Shown: positions 23,590 to 36,239, numbered from the whole stretch's first letter. The stretch: 63,932 bases of DNA, filler included, from Octopus bimaculoides (GCF_001194135.2; 4 parts of 4 records of this genome joined end to end with filler, not necessarily neighbours in it), one strand, 5' to 3'. Notes: a model not told the origin generated them from the sequence alone. Program-made: numbers and translations.

Positions 23590-24050
23590 GGAGTTTCTAC
23601 ATAGTCACTCAGCCAGCTAGAAATAGCAGCCAAATCGCTTTGATATCACACTCTATTGTCTTTAAAAGTTGAAGGACAAACTGCATAACGCAGTCTTAGA
23701 TACGACATTATGTCTGAAGAGATAAAAGATGAGATGGTCATATCGGGAATGCCTTAAATCATGAGAGTATTCGTTTCAGGCTGGCTTGGCACTAAACAAC
23801 ACCACCACCATAATGACAACAATACCAACAATCACACCCAGAGCTATGCCATCATGTAGTCACTGGAATTTCTAGAAACAGCAGCCAACTCTCCCTCAAA
23901 ATTACTCTCTATCATCTTAAAACTAAGACAAGTATTCAAGGATATGGTTGAAACAAAACAAAGATAGAATAGTTACATCCAAAGTGCCTTTGAAAATAGG
24001 AGACCTGCTGGCTCAAGGCTAACCAGAGGCTAAATGACCACAATAATGAC
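23590..24050 (-). mobile_element. Two degraded copies of a SINE-like repeat (family E)
   Basis: ctagaaatagcagccaaatc...gtcttagatac...gagatggtca...gaatgcct. Related copies at about 3470-3660, 19195-19400, 38860-38950 and 49400-49830. Confidence 0.55.
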
Positions 24051-24400
24051 AACAATAACACAATGACGGCAATAAGACCTACACTATGAACAAAACACGG
24101 TGAACAATAAAATGCTCATATTCATTTGTTTGGTTTCAAATCTATTTTCCATGTTGGCATGGTTCAAGCAAAATTATTTTCAGACATTTTCTACAGCTGG
24201 ATGCTCTTTTTGTCACCAACCCTTACTTGTTTTCAAGTAAGGTTCTTTTTATATATATTTTATTATAACTCACACATTGAAAGCTGAAACTACAGAACTT
24301 TGCTTACTGGACATTGCAAACAAGGATAAAGCTTTTTTGCTCAGACAACGTTAATAAGGGTAAGTGGATCAACATTGATACACACATAGATATATAGAGA

Positions 24401-24735
24401 CAGGCATGGTTATGTGGTTAGGAAGTTTGCTTCTCAATCACATGGTTTCAGTTCAATCCCACTGTGTGCAAACTTGGGTAAGTATCTTCTACTTTAGCTC
24501 CAGACTGGCCAAAAGTCTTCTAAGTGAATTTGGTAGATGGAAAATAAAAGAAGCCCATTGTGTATATATGTATGTATGTATATTTATGTCATTGTGGTGG
24601 CTGATGCCAGTACCGCCTGACTGGTCCTCATGCCGGTGGCACATAAAAAGCACCCACTACACTCTCAGAACAGCTGGCATTAGGAAGGGCATCCAGCTGT
24701 AGAAACCTTGCCAGATCAGATCAAGGTGCCATGTG
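24401..24735 (+). mobile_element. SINE family B head joined to an RTE 3' UTR fragment
   Basis: 24401-24590 matches the SINE B head. 24595-24735 matches the RTE UTR (aaaagcacccactacactctc...aggaagggcatccagctgtagaaac). Confidence 0.7.
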
Positions 24736-24806
24736 GTGGGACAGAACCCAAAACCACATGATTTCAAAGCAAACTCCATATCCACACAGCCATGACTGCA
24801 CTTATA

Positions 24807-24867
<61 letters not shown>

Positions 24868-25705
24868 TGTTATTATTTATTTAACAGAAATTTTGGGTGA
24901 CTGTGACTTCGAGGTATTTTTTTCAGTAATGGCTCAGCAGACTCTCACATCACACACGCCTGTATGCATATATACTTTCTTTCATTTACTGGATGCAATC
25001 ATCAACCTATGATCATGTTGAGGTGGTCATCTTCAAAAGTTTCGGGGAACCTCAAAACTTCAGTTTTTATTTCAATTAGGTTGATCAATTTCTATCAAAT
25101 GAAATTAGCTTTACCATCTTATGATACTGGTTTTAGTAGACATAAAAACAGACTGGTGCACACAAAGACACATTCACACACACACCACACACAAATATTT
25201 ATCAATGGAAGACGGCTGAATTGTCACAAATTGTATTTTCCAGCATACAAGTTGATACAATATTTTAGTGTAAACATTCAAGTGGCATCAATATCTTTCC
25301 AAATCCTACAGCATTTCACATGAAATTTTCAGTCCTCCAAAGTGATTTTGGCTGTAAATTTTGGCCTAAAAAGTTTGAACTGTATGTCAGAAAATATAGT
25401 AACTAAACTTCACATTTTACTAACTTTCAAGCAATAAAAGAAATCAATCATCTGCTCTTATATTTTTATATGATAAAAAAAAAAACAAAATAAAGAAACA
25501 TTGAATACGAGATGCTGATTAACAATAAAAAATGTTCATACTTGTTTGAAGCATGTTCTTGTGTGATACAAGGCTTTTCCATGTTCACCCCCTTGGCATT
25601 TTGAAATATTTCAAAAAAGATGTCAGTTTACGATGACAGAAATATTAATATGAGATGCACATTATGAAAAGAAAACTTCTTGGTTTGTTTGGAGCAACTA
25701 GGCAA

Positions 25706-26222
25706 TCAATCGTTTTGAGTCTCAGAGTTTGTCACTCATGACTTGTCGTTCTTTCACTAGTTTCCGTGGAAAGTTTATATTTAATTACTTTTGACGTGTC
25801 TGTCGAAGTGAAAGAGGAAGCTAAAGTCTGTATGTGTGTGTGAGTATTTTTGTGCATGTATGTGTATGCAGCTGGGGTTTGTTCTTACCTGCTTCATTTG
25901 TGTACGTAAAATTGGTAAATTTCCAAGAAGAAAATAAGATCAACATTGAAAAAGTCAAGTTCGTTATGATAGTCTATGTATTTACAGTTGACAAACGTGT
26001 TGTCACACACAAAATCCTGTTTTCTGACTGGGTAAAAATGATCAAAATTTAAACCTCTATCAATAAATTTTTTTGGACATTCTTTTATCAGAAGCAGCAA
26101 AGTTGTTAAGACCATGTGGTCTTGTTCGTTAATTTCCATATATATATAAATAAAAACTTTCCATAGAAACTAACAAACAAACGACAAGTCGCGAGTGACA
26201 ACTCTAAGACTGAAAACGATTG
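25706..26222. repeat. Imperfect inverted repeat (about 80 bp per arm) flanking about 360 bp of unique sequence
   Basis: 25706-25784 versus the reverse complement of 26146-26222: tcaatcgtttt-agtct-agagtt-gtcactc-gacttgtcgtt...tagtttc-tggaaagttt-tattta. No target-site duplication seen. Confidence 0.8.
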
Positions 26223-26629
26223 AAGGAATATTTAGGATAGATTCTCATAAGAAAACATTCCGCAAGTATCATGCATTATTATCCCCCCATCCCGTGTTCC
26301 TAACGTTATCACCTGATATTTAGAGAAGCAAGCTGGGAAAAAATCTTCTCGGCTGAGTGCTCAACAAATTGGTAAATGGCTGTCAAGAAACTCCCAATTT
26401 GTTTCCACACACCAAGGGCATAGAAGGAGTCTATTTACATTCTCTTCCCTTCAACTGCAGCCAATCTTTACATCATTTATTTCAGCTGTTCTGATTCACG
26501 TGTTGTGATGTGACGTGACATACATACATACATACATACATGATGGTTGCCTCCTCGTTATTAAGTACAGCCATTGCACGAGGCTTAACTTAATGGTATT
26601 GTGATCAAACGTGACTTTTAAGCCCAGCT

Positions 26630-28150
26630 AAAAATCTACAATGTCTTGTACCTTTACCGGCAATAGCCGGCTATAGTTGTAACTGGGCTTCATGTACCTT
26701 TGCATGTTGTTTAAGTCCTCCTTCCATATTACGCTCCCTTCCACATGCCTGACAGATATGATTAGTATGGTGTGTAAAACCACCATCACCAGCCTGGTTG
26801 TCAATCGTCGGTCTCGCTTTATGACTACGAAGACGACTCTTGAGTCCAGCTTTACTGAGGCAGGGTCTTGCACAGACACAGCATGTCAGCCAATCTTCTC
26901 CAATATCTGCAACATTCATTTCCTCTCGTAAAGTTCTCTTCACGCCATTACAACAAAGACAAGCAACATTCAGTCTTTTAGGCAGGGTAATACCTGCAGC
27001 CCGGAGTTTACGTTTTGTGATGAATTTCACTTTTGCACGTACTAGGTGGTGGTCAGTCCAACACAGCCCCATGAAGAACACGAACACACTGCACATCTCG
27101 TCTGTTACACACCCTAACAAGGATGTAATCCAATGTGGTCTTATATCTATTTTGTTGAAACGTGGTATTGGTAACACACAGAAGCATACCATGGCTATTA
27201 CACTTTCTCACCCCACACTTTCCAATTATAGTCTATATGTTAAAATCCCTACCCACTCTAACATTAAAATCACCCAGTACAATAACTTTGTCTGCCCTAG
27301 GGATGTTTCTTATAATGCCCTTCAAAGCATGGTAGAAAGAAACTTTTTCGTCATCAGTAGAGCACATGTCACCAAGGTCACATAATTTCCTTTAACCAAA
27401 GGAATTCCTATGGACATAAGACACTCGTTAATCCCAACTTATCCACAATAGTCGTCTTAACAGCAAATGCCACTCCAGCCTCCCCTCTGAACTCTTCATC
27501 TCTCCCGTTCCAAAAGAATGTATATTTTCTACAAGATTCTGTAAGATGACCATCTCTAGCTAATCTCGTCTCAGATAAAGCAACAATGTCAAGATCATAG
27601 CGTCAAAGCTCCTTTGCAGCAAGAGCAGTCCTTCGTTCAGGACATTCTGAGGACTCACGGTCAAGCAGCGTTTGTACATTCCAACAGCCAATATTCAATA
27701 TTTTATTTGGTTCTATCACAGTAGCATGATGACGGCCGGGTTCAGACTGTGATGCTCTGGGGCCCCTGCTGAGCTAGACTCGTTCATCTGATGTGGTTCC
27801 AGAGTCCTTACTGCCATTTATTTTGGTACATCATTGATTGTTTGCTTTTAAGGCGACAGCCAGCCATTCAGTTGAGGCACACAGCACTATCCAACAATCA
27901 TCAATTAGTAAGTTAATCAATCAATCAATGTTGCTATCATGCAATGCCTGTGCAAGAAGCTTTTTTTTTAAAGGGATGAAAGGCTGTGCAGAATCAATCC
28001 CACTCACTAAGCTACAACAGCTACAACCCGAAAAGAACAAGTCAACATCATCGGTAACCACTGAGCCGCAGGTTTTATGTCGGAGTTATTCCAGTTGCCT
28101 GAGTTGCCTTCTTCTAGAAGGATGCCCTAACAAGGGCTAGGGGTCCTTCC
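26630..28150 (-). mobile_element. Internally deleted RTE LINE: 5' UTR + APE endonuclease fused to a C-terminus with C2H2-like motifs
   Basis: Minus frames give LNIGCWNVQTLLD...PERRTALAAKEL.RYDLDIVALSETRL and WTDHHLVRAKVK (APE), then directly CCVCARPCLSKAGLKSRLRSH and CQACGRERNMEGGLKQHAKVH. No RT lies between them. Confidence 0.85.
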
Positions 28151-28304
28151 CTCCCAATGGTTTAACCGCGCAATCGGGTATTCAGTCCGATTATTTCTAT
28201 GTCGCCACGCATGATACAGCCATACGCTGGATAAAATAGATACAAAGGGGAAAAAAACATGTACGATATAAATTTTTTAAATATTGATATACAACATATA
28301 CATA

Positions 28305-28437
28305 GGCGTAGGAGTGACTGTGTGGTAAGTAGCTTGCTTATGAACCAAATGGTTCCGGGTTCAGTGTCACTGCGTGGCACCTTGGGCAAGTGTCTTCTAC
28401 TATAGCCTCGGGCCGACCAAAGCCTTGTGAGTGGACC
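28305..28437 (+). mobile_element. SINE family B head
   Basis: ggcgtaggagtgactgtgtggtaagtagcttgct...ggttccgggttcagt...ggcaccttgggcaagtgtcttc. Confidence 0.85.
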
Positions 28438-28767
28438 ATTCACAAATTGCGATCCATATTAAGTGTGAAATACGTGAGTCTAAGGGAGATAATTCAGAGT
28501 CACAGGGGTTGCTAAATTATATGCAAATCCTTGCTCTGAGATCACTACTTTCCAGTCACCTCTTTGTTGTATAAAGTTTCCTTTTGTTTTTATCAAGTAT
28601 ACGCCAACATTCTCGATTCGATTTTTCCTTTCTAGCTACACGTGAAATCTGTGTACTTCAACTCGATTTAAATAGGTTTAGATTGTTCACTGCCAGACTG
28701 GCTTTGTCAATAATATCTTATATGATGCCAGTGTACTTGCATTACATGATAAACATACCTTGATATA

Positions 28768-29011
28768 TTGTTGTTGGCACTCCGTCGCTTACGACGTCGA
28801 GGGTTCCAGTTGATCCGATCAACGGAACAACCTGCTCGTGAAATTAACGTGCAAGTAGCTAAGCACTCCACAGACAGGTGTACCCTTAACGTAGTTCTCG
28901 GGGATATTCAGTGTGATACAGTGTGACAAGGCTGACCCTTTGAATTACAGGTACAACAGAAACAGGAAGAAAGAGTGAGAGAAATTTGTGGTGAAAGAAT
29001 ACAGCAGGGTT
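28768..29011 (-). mobile_element. 3' part of a SINE/LINE-like repeat with two terminal hairpins and a (CAA)n tail
   Basis: Hairpins cgtcg-ctta-cgacg and gttcc-agttgatc-c-gatcaac-ggaac; ttgttgttgg on plus is a (CAA)n tail on minus. A diverged opposite-strand copy lies at about 54495-54600. Confidence 0.6.
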
Positions 29012-29675
29012 NNNNNNNNNNNNNNNNNNNNNNNNNNNNNNNNNNNNNNNNNNNNNNNNNNNNNNNNNNNNNNNNNNNNNNNNNNNNNNNNNNNNNNNNN
29101 NNNNNNNNNNNNNNNNNNNNNNNNNNNNNNNNNNNNNNNNNNNNNNNNNNNNNNNNNNNNNNNNNNNNNNNNNNNNNNNNNNNNNNNNNNNNNNNNNNNN
29201 NNNNNNNNNNNNNNNNNNNNNNNNNNNNNNNNNNNNNNNNNNNNNNNNNNNNNNNNNNNNNNNNNNNNNNNNNNNNNNNNNNNNNNNNNNNNNNNNNNNN
29301 NNNNNNNNNNNNNNNNNNNNNNNNNNNNNNNNNNNNNNNNNNNNNNNNNNNNNNNNNNNNNNNNNNNNNNNNNNNNNNNNNNNNNNNNNNNNNNNNNNNN
29401 NNNNNNNNNNNNNNNNNNNNNNNNNNNNNNNNNNNNNNNNNNNNNNNNNNNNNNNNNNNNNNNNNNNNNNNNNNNNNNNNNNNNNNNNNNNNNNNNNNNN
29501 NNNNNNNNNNNNNNNNNNNNNNNNNNNNNNNNNNNNNNNNNNNNNNNNNNNNNNNNNNNNNNNNNNNNNNNNNNNNNNNNNNNNNNNNNNNNNNNNNNNN
29601 NNNNNNNNNNNNNNNNNNNNNNNNNNNNNNNNNNNNNNNNNNNNNNNNNNNNNNNNNNNNNNNNNNNNNNNNNNN

Positions 29676-29720
<45 letters not shown>

Positions 29721-29924
29721 TACAACTTTAATATAAACAGTTTGCAATGTTACACCAAAAAGGAGAATTACAAATGTCACTAAACGTGACCAGGGTGTTA
29801 AGAATCACCTACATTGCTAGAAATAAGAGCTAAACCACTCTAATGCTGTAGTTAATGCACATGAATGAAAGCATATACACCAACAGGGACCATAATTGTC
29901 CAAAAAGTGAGAGGCTTTCATACA

Positions 29925-30025
29925 CTTCCTCTCTACCAAATTCACTTGCAAGGCACTGGTTGGCCTGGGGTTAAAGTAGCAGACACTTGCCCAAGGTGCC
30001 ACCACACAGTAGGACTAAACTTGAA
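29925..30025 (-). mobile_element. SINE family B fragment
   Basis: ctaccaaattcacttgcaaggc...gacacttgcccaaggtgccacc is the reverse complement of the SINE B core. Confidence 0.7.
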
Positions 30026-31282
30026 ACTGAATTTTTTTTTTCTTAAGTATCAAGAACCATTTTATTTTTCCCTTTCAGTCTTGTGGACCTTCAGTCACCA
30101 TACTGCTAAAAATTGGGCAAAGCTTCCCAATATAGCATATTCAAATCATTTCAATTAATTAAAGTTTTGGTGGTGGTGGTTCTGGCAGCAATGCAGTGAT
30201 TCTTTATCTCTTTTTTTTTTTTTGCATCAGAATTAGTCATTTAAAGATTTTTCTCATCATTACAAGTTTAGTAAAATTTTCTTGATTTATTTACATCAAA
30301 TATATTAGTATCCTGCTTTACTACTAAGTTTCATGCAGTTTAACAACACTGAGTGGCCAATTGCCATGAGTTGGTTTAATTTACAATACTTAGTTTAAAA
30401 CTTCAGAAATTACTACATAAAAACCTTAATAAATTCATTTATATGGGTAGTATTTGACTATAACAATAAGTTGTTGTTGCTTAATACCTTATAATGCATA
30501 CAGTTCAAGACTTGTATGAAAGGGCATATGTATCATTGTAAGATTAAAGTGTCATATTTGATGATATTATTGAAACAATGGCGTATCATCAAATGTATTG
30601 TAGTTAAGTTTCCATGTAAAGGGTAGTGACTCCCAATGTAACACACTTTACCACAACTGCTACAAATAGTAGTCAAATCTCTCTCAAACCACTCTCAGCT
30701 ATCTTAAGAGTGGACGTGCTTAGTGTAGTCCCTGTTTTTATGGACATAGAAAAAAGAAGGTGGAATAGTTTGATCACAGGCTTGCTCAGTCAAGCTTTAC
30801 CCGATGCTCCACAACAGTAACTTATCAGTTTTAAACTCTGTTGTGGCATTTGTATATATCACTTTCTTGCCTCAACCTGAGAAGACCCTTGCTCAAAGCA
30901 CCATACTGAAATTGAACCTTTTTATAATTGGATACATTTTTTACTAGGCTACGCTTTCAAATGTTTCTGTAAATCATACACTGAATCAAACGGTTAGTTT
31001 TCAAAATAACTTTCCAAGGGTATCTAAGAACATATCCCAATGTATCATTATTTAATCATTTTAGAAAATATATGACTCCACGCTTTTCGTGCCAGACTTC
31101 CCCAGAAAAGCTGCGGTCGTTATCACTGAAGAACCGATGAGAAAGTATTAAAATGATGTACAATATTATACTCATAGAGTGAAATGTTAATAACTCCAGA
31201 GTTATCTCCCGTACATCCATGAAGTTATTACAATTAGTGTCATCTCCGAGTGATCTAATTTTAAATATAATGATTTTTTTAA

Positions 31283-31520
31283 GTGGAGACGAGTGGTTTA
31301 GTGGTTACTGGGTGTTGGGCTCATGATTGTAAGATTACGATTTCAATTCCTGGTTCGGACGACGCATTGTGCTCTTGAATGAAACACTTCATTTCACGTT
31401 GCTCCGATCCACTCAGCTGGCATAAATGAGTAATCCTGTGACGAACCGGCCTCCCGTCCACGTGAGGAATGTATTCGCCACAGAAACTGGGGAAACCAGC
31501 CCTAGGCGTCTCTATGATAT
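31283..31520 (+). mobile_element. tRNA-derived SINE (family C; CORE/V-domain-like body)
   Basis: A-box-like gtggtttagtggtta, B-box-like gatttcaattcc, then acacttcatttcacgttgctccgatccactcagctgg and tcctgtgacgaaccggcctcccgtcca. Confidence 0.65.
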
Positions 31521-31694
31521 GGGAAGGATCGTTATCATATATTTTCAAAGCCTGATCAATGTACAGTGTACAAAAAAAAAAAACGCGGGTAAAAATTTAT
31601 TCACTACCGAAATTGAGTCTGGTGTGAAACTATAAATTTTGGGGGCAGAAAAAAGTAAGAATTATTTTAGAGAATAGTACGAAATATGTATATA

Positions 31695-32085
31695 CAGACT
31701 GTCCTCATTTAACGACCGAGTTACGTTCCAACAGCCCCGTCGTTAAACGAATATTCACAGGGTACATATAAAAACAGAATACCGTACTGTATAAAGTATA
31801 TGCAGTACAGGGCCAAGAATCACTAACATAAATTGTTGAAAAATGAATAAGTAACAGTAAGATTATCACAAGGAAAACCTTAAAGTTAGGATATGGATAC
31901 TGTATACTTCCGATGCCGGAGCGTGAGGCTGGGTGCTCGGGATGTGCTGCCGTCACGACGGCAGTTCTCGTACAGCGCACAATACGACAGTCAAAGTTTT
32001 TAAGTTTTTATATTTTGTAAAATATGTAATGACGGCTCGTAAAGTTCGTCGTAACTCCGAGTGGTCGTTAAATGAGGACAGTCTG
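31695..32085. mobile_element. Tc1/mariner (Tigger/pogo-like) MITE, 391 bp
   Basis: Perfect 23-bp TIR cagactgtcctcatttaacgacc / ggtcgttaaatgaggacagtctg with TA on both sides. Confidence 0.9.
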
Positions 32086-32633
32086 TATATGTAGCCAAGA
32101 AACAAGGTTAGTAATGTTGCGAGTTAGATGGTTTGAATGAATGAAGCAATTAAAAACAAGAGAAATTCTTAGCTTAGCTGTGCATCTTTTCGAGTGTCAT
32201 CAAACGGCCAAACACATAGAATAAACTGACGACAGTCTGAAAGGTGGGGAACAGGTATGGAAATGGACGAAGATGGCAGCTTTCAGCCTAGGGAGAAGGA
32301 GAAATAACAGTAATTAGCCATTGCAACCAGGAACACGAGAAAGAAATTATTTTAGAGAACGGTACGATACATATGTAGTCAAGAAACAAGGAAAGGATTA
32401 TTTTAGAGGGAGAGATTACAATTTGGAAGTTATTTGCTGAATTAATATAAATGTTTACAGTTTACGAAAGCAACCACAAACAAGAGCGAGGCATTTTAGG
32501 GAGCTCAAACAAGGCAAAATTATTTTAGAGAACGGTACGAAATATGTATCTACATGTAGCCAAGGAACAAGGTTAAACATTTTAGAAGGCAGAATAAACA
32601 AAAAATAATTATTTTAAACAGTAGGACTAAATA

Positions 32634-32718
<85 letters not shown>

Positions 32719-33523
32719 GCACACACCAAGAAACAAGTTTAGCAATGTTGCGAATATATATACATACATACATATACCGGGGTTTTCCGAAAATTCGCCG
32801 AGGGCTGTTGAACGGAAAATTCTATTTTACAAATCTATTTTGGGGGCTTAAATAACCGCCCACCTATAACAAGTACTCATGGGCGGTAATATGGAAGTAA
32901 AATATTTCAGCTAGGAAAAACAAAGATATTCTCAGAAACTATATTTATTTTATACAAATCCACTGAACTTCTATCGTTTCAGTTATCAGATATATAGACA
33001 TAAAGAAACTGAATTAGCCTTAAAAGAAGTAGCATATTAAAAAATATTCTGAAGTTAACAATGGATTAGGAAATATTGAAAATTAAATTGTTGAAAACAT
33101 GAATAGAAGCCTCGTATGAACAAGTAAAGTCCTTGGGCATTTATGGTAGAATAATAACCGAATAGTTTCAAGTTAAATATCATGAATTTCTTAGTTATTT
33201 TGCCATCATTCACATAAAAGCAAATTTCACTTACTTGAATATCTTCTTCGGATCTTTTCAATCTCACCGACAGATTTTCTAATTAATTTTTCTTAACTGA
33301 ACACTTTCAAACTTTGGATACTAGTAGAATGTGTCACATAGAACAATGTTTACTCTTAGTGTTGTTGATACCATTTTGTATTTTAGTAGTTATTCGTGTT
33401 AAAGTTGTCATATTTTGGGTAATTTCAACCAATCAATGACGTGTATTCAGCTGAAGAAAATTACTGCTGTTGTTTGTCAAAAACAACATCCGGTGGTATA
33501 TATTTCGTTTGCCATTATTATTT

Positions 33524-33850
33524 ACTAGCAGGGATACCCGGCGTTGCCAGTGCTACATGCAATTAACGGATGAGACTCTCTTATATTTTCTGTAAGGAAC
33601 TTGAATACATATGATTCGAATTTCATCAAAATTCCACATGACTGTCCTTTCCCTCTTTACACACCCTAAAAAAATTTTAATCATGAGACATGTATCCCAT
33701 ACTATTGATATTTATGCACATATTCCAAAATTTCGAGCCCACAGCAATATCATATCTCCTCTGCTATTTCAGTATTACGTGTCAAAAGTGAAACAATAAC
33801 ATCACTCTACTGTAATGTCAGATACTTTCACTTTAACACTGAAACTATTC
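33524..33850 (-). mobile_element. Non-autonomous Helitron-like element 3' end
   Basis: tactagcagggatacccggcgttgcc is the reverse complement of a hairpin + CTAG terminus of the same type as 63866-63898. Confidence 0.5.
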
Positions 33851-34055
33851 CACTATTTCAGTACACTAAAACCCATTTTCCTTTACCAGATAATACAGGC
33901 ACACTACATAAGAGAGCACGCATTGGCAGAAAATCTTCTGCAGTAGCAGCACTGGAAGGCTAAGGAAACTGAGAACCAGAGGTCCTGTAGACTATTGAAA
34001 ATAACCTACCACTGCTAGAGCTGCAACTACTCCAGAGCAGTGTGAAACCTATCGA

Positions 34056-35610
34056 GTGCATGCTGCTGATGCAAGGGACGCAGAAACCTCACAAAAGAGT
34101 GCTATCCATCAGGCATGGAACGCTGCATCCACTTCTGCCGTGAGGTTGGCAGATGACGATAACCATTGGATGATGAGACTGCAGCCTAATGTTCACCGGA
34201 AGGCTCTTGCCCATGGCTATTGGAAGCCATCAAGTAGTCGATGGGCATCAAAGGCACTCAACTATGATCCTGCCAAGGATTACACCACTCATCGAAAGAC
34301 TGTTACGGGGAATATATCAGTAATATGTCCATTTTGCAAGGCCCTCAAGTGGTTTGGAGAATCCAGTGGCCTATGTTGCTCAAGCGGAAAAGTTCATTTG
34401 CCTGACCTGCAAAACACTCGTCAGCCTTTGCTCTCCTTACTCCTTGGTCAACACCCTGATTCACAGCAATTTACACAGAAAATTCTTATAACTGCCTTCC
34501 AAATGGCAAGTTTCGGTCACAAACCTATTCATAAAGACTCCTATATGCCGACGTTCAAAATTCAGGGCCAAACCTATCATCGGATAGGCTCTATTTTTCC
34601 TGTCAACAACACTGAACACCGATTCCTTCAAATTTACTTCATGGGAGATACCACTGAGCAAACGGCCTGTCCAGCTTAGGTGGTACCTGGGAAAAAAATG
34701 CCTTCTTTTGAATGAACTTCAGGAAATGCTCCACACCACCAACCGATATGTGAGGAACTTCATAACTGCTATACAATGCCGACATACAGATGAGCCCAAC
34801 TTCAAAGTTATGAGGAGTGACTGAATGCCTATCAGAGAGCACTAAGTATGCTTTAACTAGCCCCAAAATGATGAAATTGCAGTTCTGCTCTGCCATCCTG
34901 ATGAAGCCACACCGTCGACTACATGGCTGCCTCCTTCACCAATACATCAACATGCTTTTTCATATCAACTCTTTTAGCAGACGTGGGACGGCATAGGATG
35001 GTCCACAAGATTTTACATCCTCGTGGTGTGGACTGGGCAACATTCTGACTTTGGTCTGAATAGCTAAAAACTCGAATGCAATGCAATCATTCTCCAATTT
35101 CCATTGTGCGTTACAAGCGGACATGATCCTTTTCAAGCCTTCATGATAGCTCATTAATGACTCATTATATGCAGGGGGACAACTCTCTGCTCACGATAAG
35201 ACTAATGCTGGTTATTTTCAGCACGTATATACATGTATCCTGCTCACTTTTATGTCATTACAACTTACCAGTCTACTTTTCAATGCGACATCTTTTCACT
35301 GCGAACTGCTAAAGATTCAAAGCAGTATTCATGAACTGAAGTCAAACTCATGTCTTCATTTTTCGTTACCTGAAGTCAATTTCAGAATGGTCGTACACTG
35401 TAAGTATGTAGTAAATACATTCCTTTGACTCTACTTTTTCAAGTAGGTATTATATTGCCATTTTTGAACATACCAATCATACTTCTCCCTGAAAAAATGG
35501 CTCCCTTCGCTGTTGAATAAAATAAACTCACAGAAGNNNNNNNNNNCAATCATACTTCTCCCTGAAAAAATGGCTCCCTTCGCTGTTGAATAAAATAAAC
35601 TCACAGAAGG
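34056..35610 (+). mobile_element. Decayed Helitron Rep/helicase fragment
   Basis: ORF 34056-34679 reads ICPFCKALKWFGESSGLCCSSGKVHLP...FQMASFG...MPTFKIQGQTYHRIGS...FLQIYFMGD (Helitron N-terminal domain). Downstream sequence is frameshifted. Confidence 0.9.
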
Positions 35611-35970
35611 GAAGTTTCAATGTCTTCCTTCAATTTCATTATACCATTTATGTAGCTCTTTCTGACAAGAAATTTCCCCTTTCATGTAAAACAACTATAT
35701 TTTGTAGTCATTATCCGTAATCTACTCCCAAAACACTTCAGTAGCTCTACTTTGCTACGCTTGCAAACTTATATGTTCTTTGATCATTAAAGTGCAACGA
35801 CCGCCACAATAACCAGCCTTCAATTTCATTTTGTGTTCCTAGGTGAATCAGAAACATAGATTGCCATGTTACTTGTAAACCTTCTTGGTAGTTCAATTAT
35901 TTGGTGGAAAAAAATGCCACCAAAGCAATTTAAACCGTCTAAAGGACAGGTGCGTTTGCTAGTATATATA

Positions 35971-36007
<37 letters not shown>

Positions 36008-36239
36008 TTTGTTCACTGCAATGTGCATCACAAGGTCACAACTTGAATTATAACTCCATCTATACACTACGTATATTTACATATATTCGTGTGCTCATAT
36101 ATACATAGATATGTCTCTCTCCTCATGACATCATATTATAGTTGTGATAATGACACCTTAAATATTCAAGTGTTTTCCTATTATCGCAGGCAGATTATTT
36201 TAATAGACTTGATATTCCGAAAGTATTTATCTTTTACCA

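Noticed and set aside
28305-28380. tRNA-like heads (also near 9058, 31283 and 56765)
   Set aside because: They have Pol III box-like motifs but no cloverleaf and continue into SINE bodies, so they are not tRNA genes.
30555-30590. ATGA...AAA hairpin resembling a SECIS element
   Set aside because: The 3' side is Watson-Crick TCAT rather than the GA quartet partner.
31660-32760. Repeat-spacer pattern resembling CRISPR
   Set aside because: Eukaryotic context, degenerate repeats, very unequal spacers and no cas genes.
34056-34679. 207-aa ORF as a host gene
   Set aside because: It is a Helitron Rep N-terminal fragment with a frameshifted continuation.
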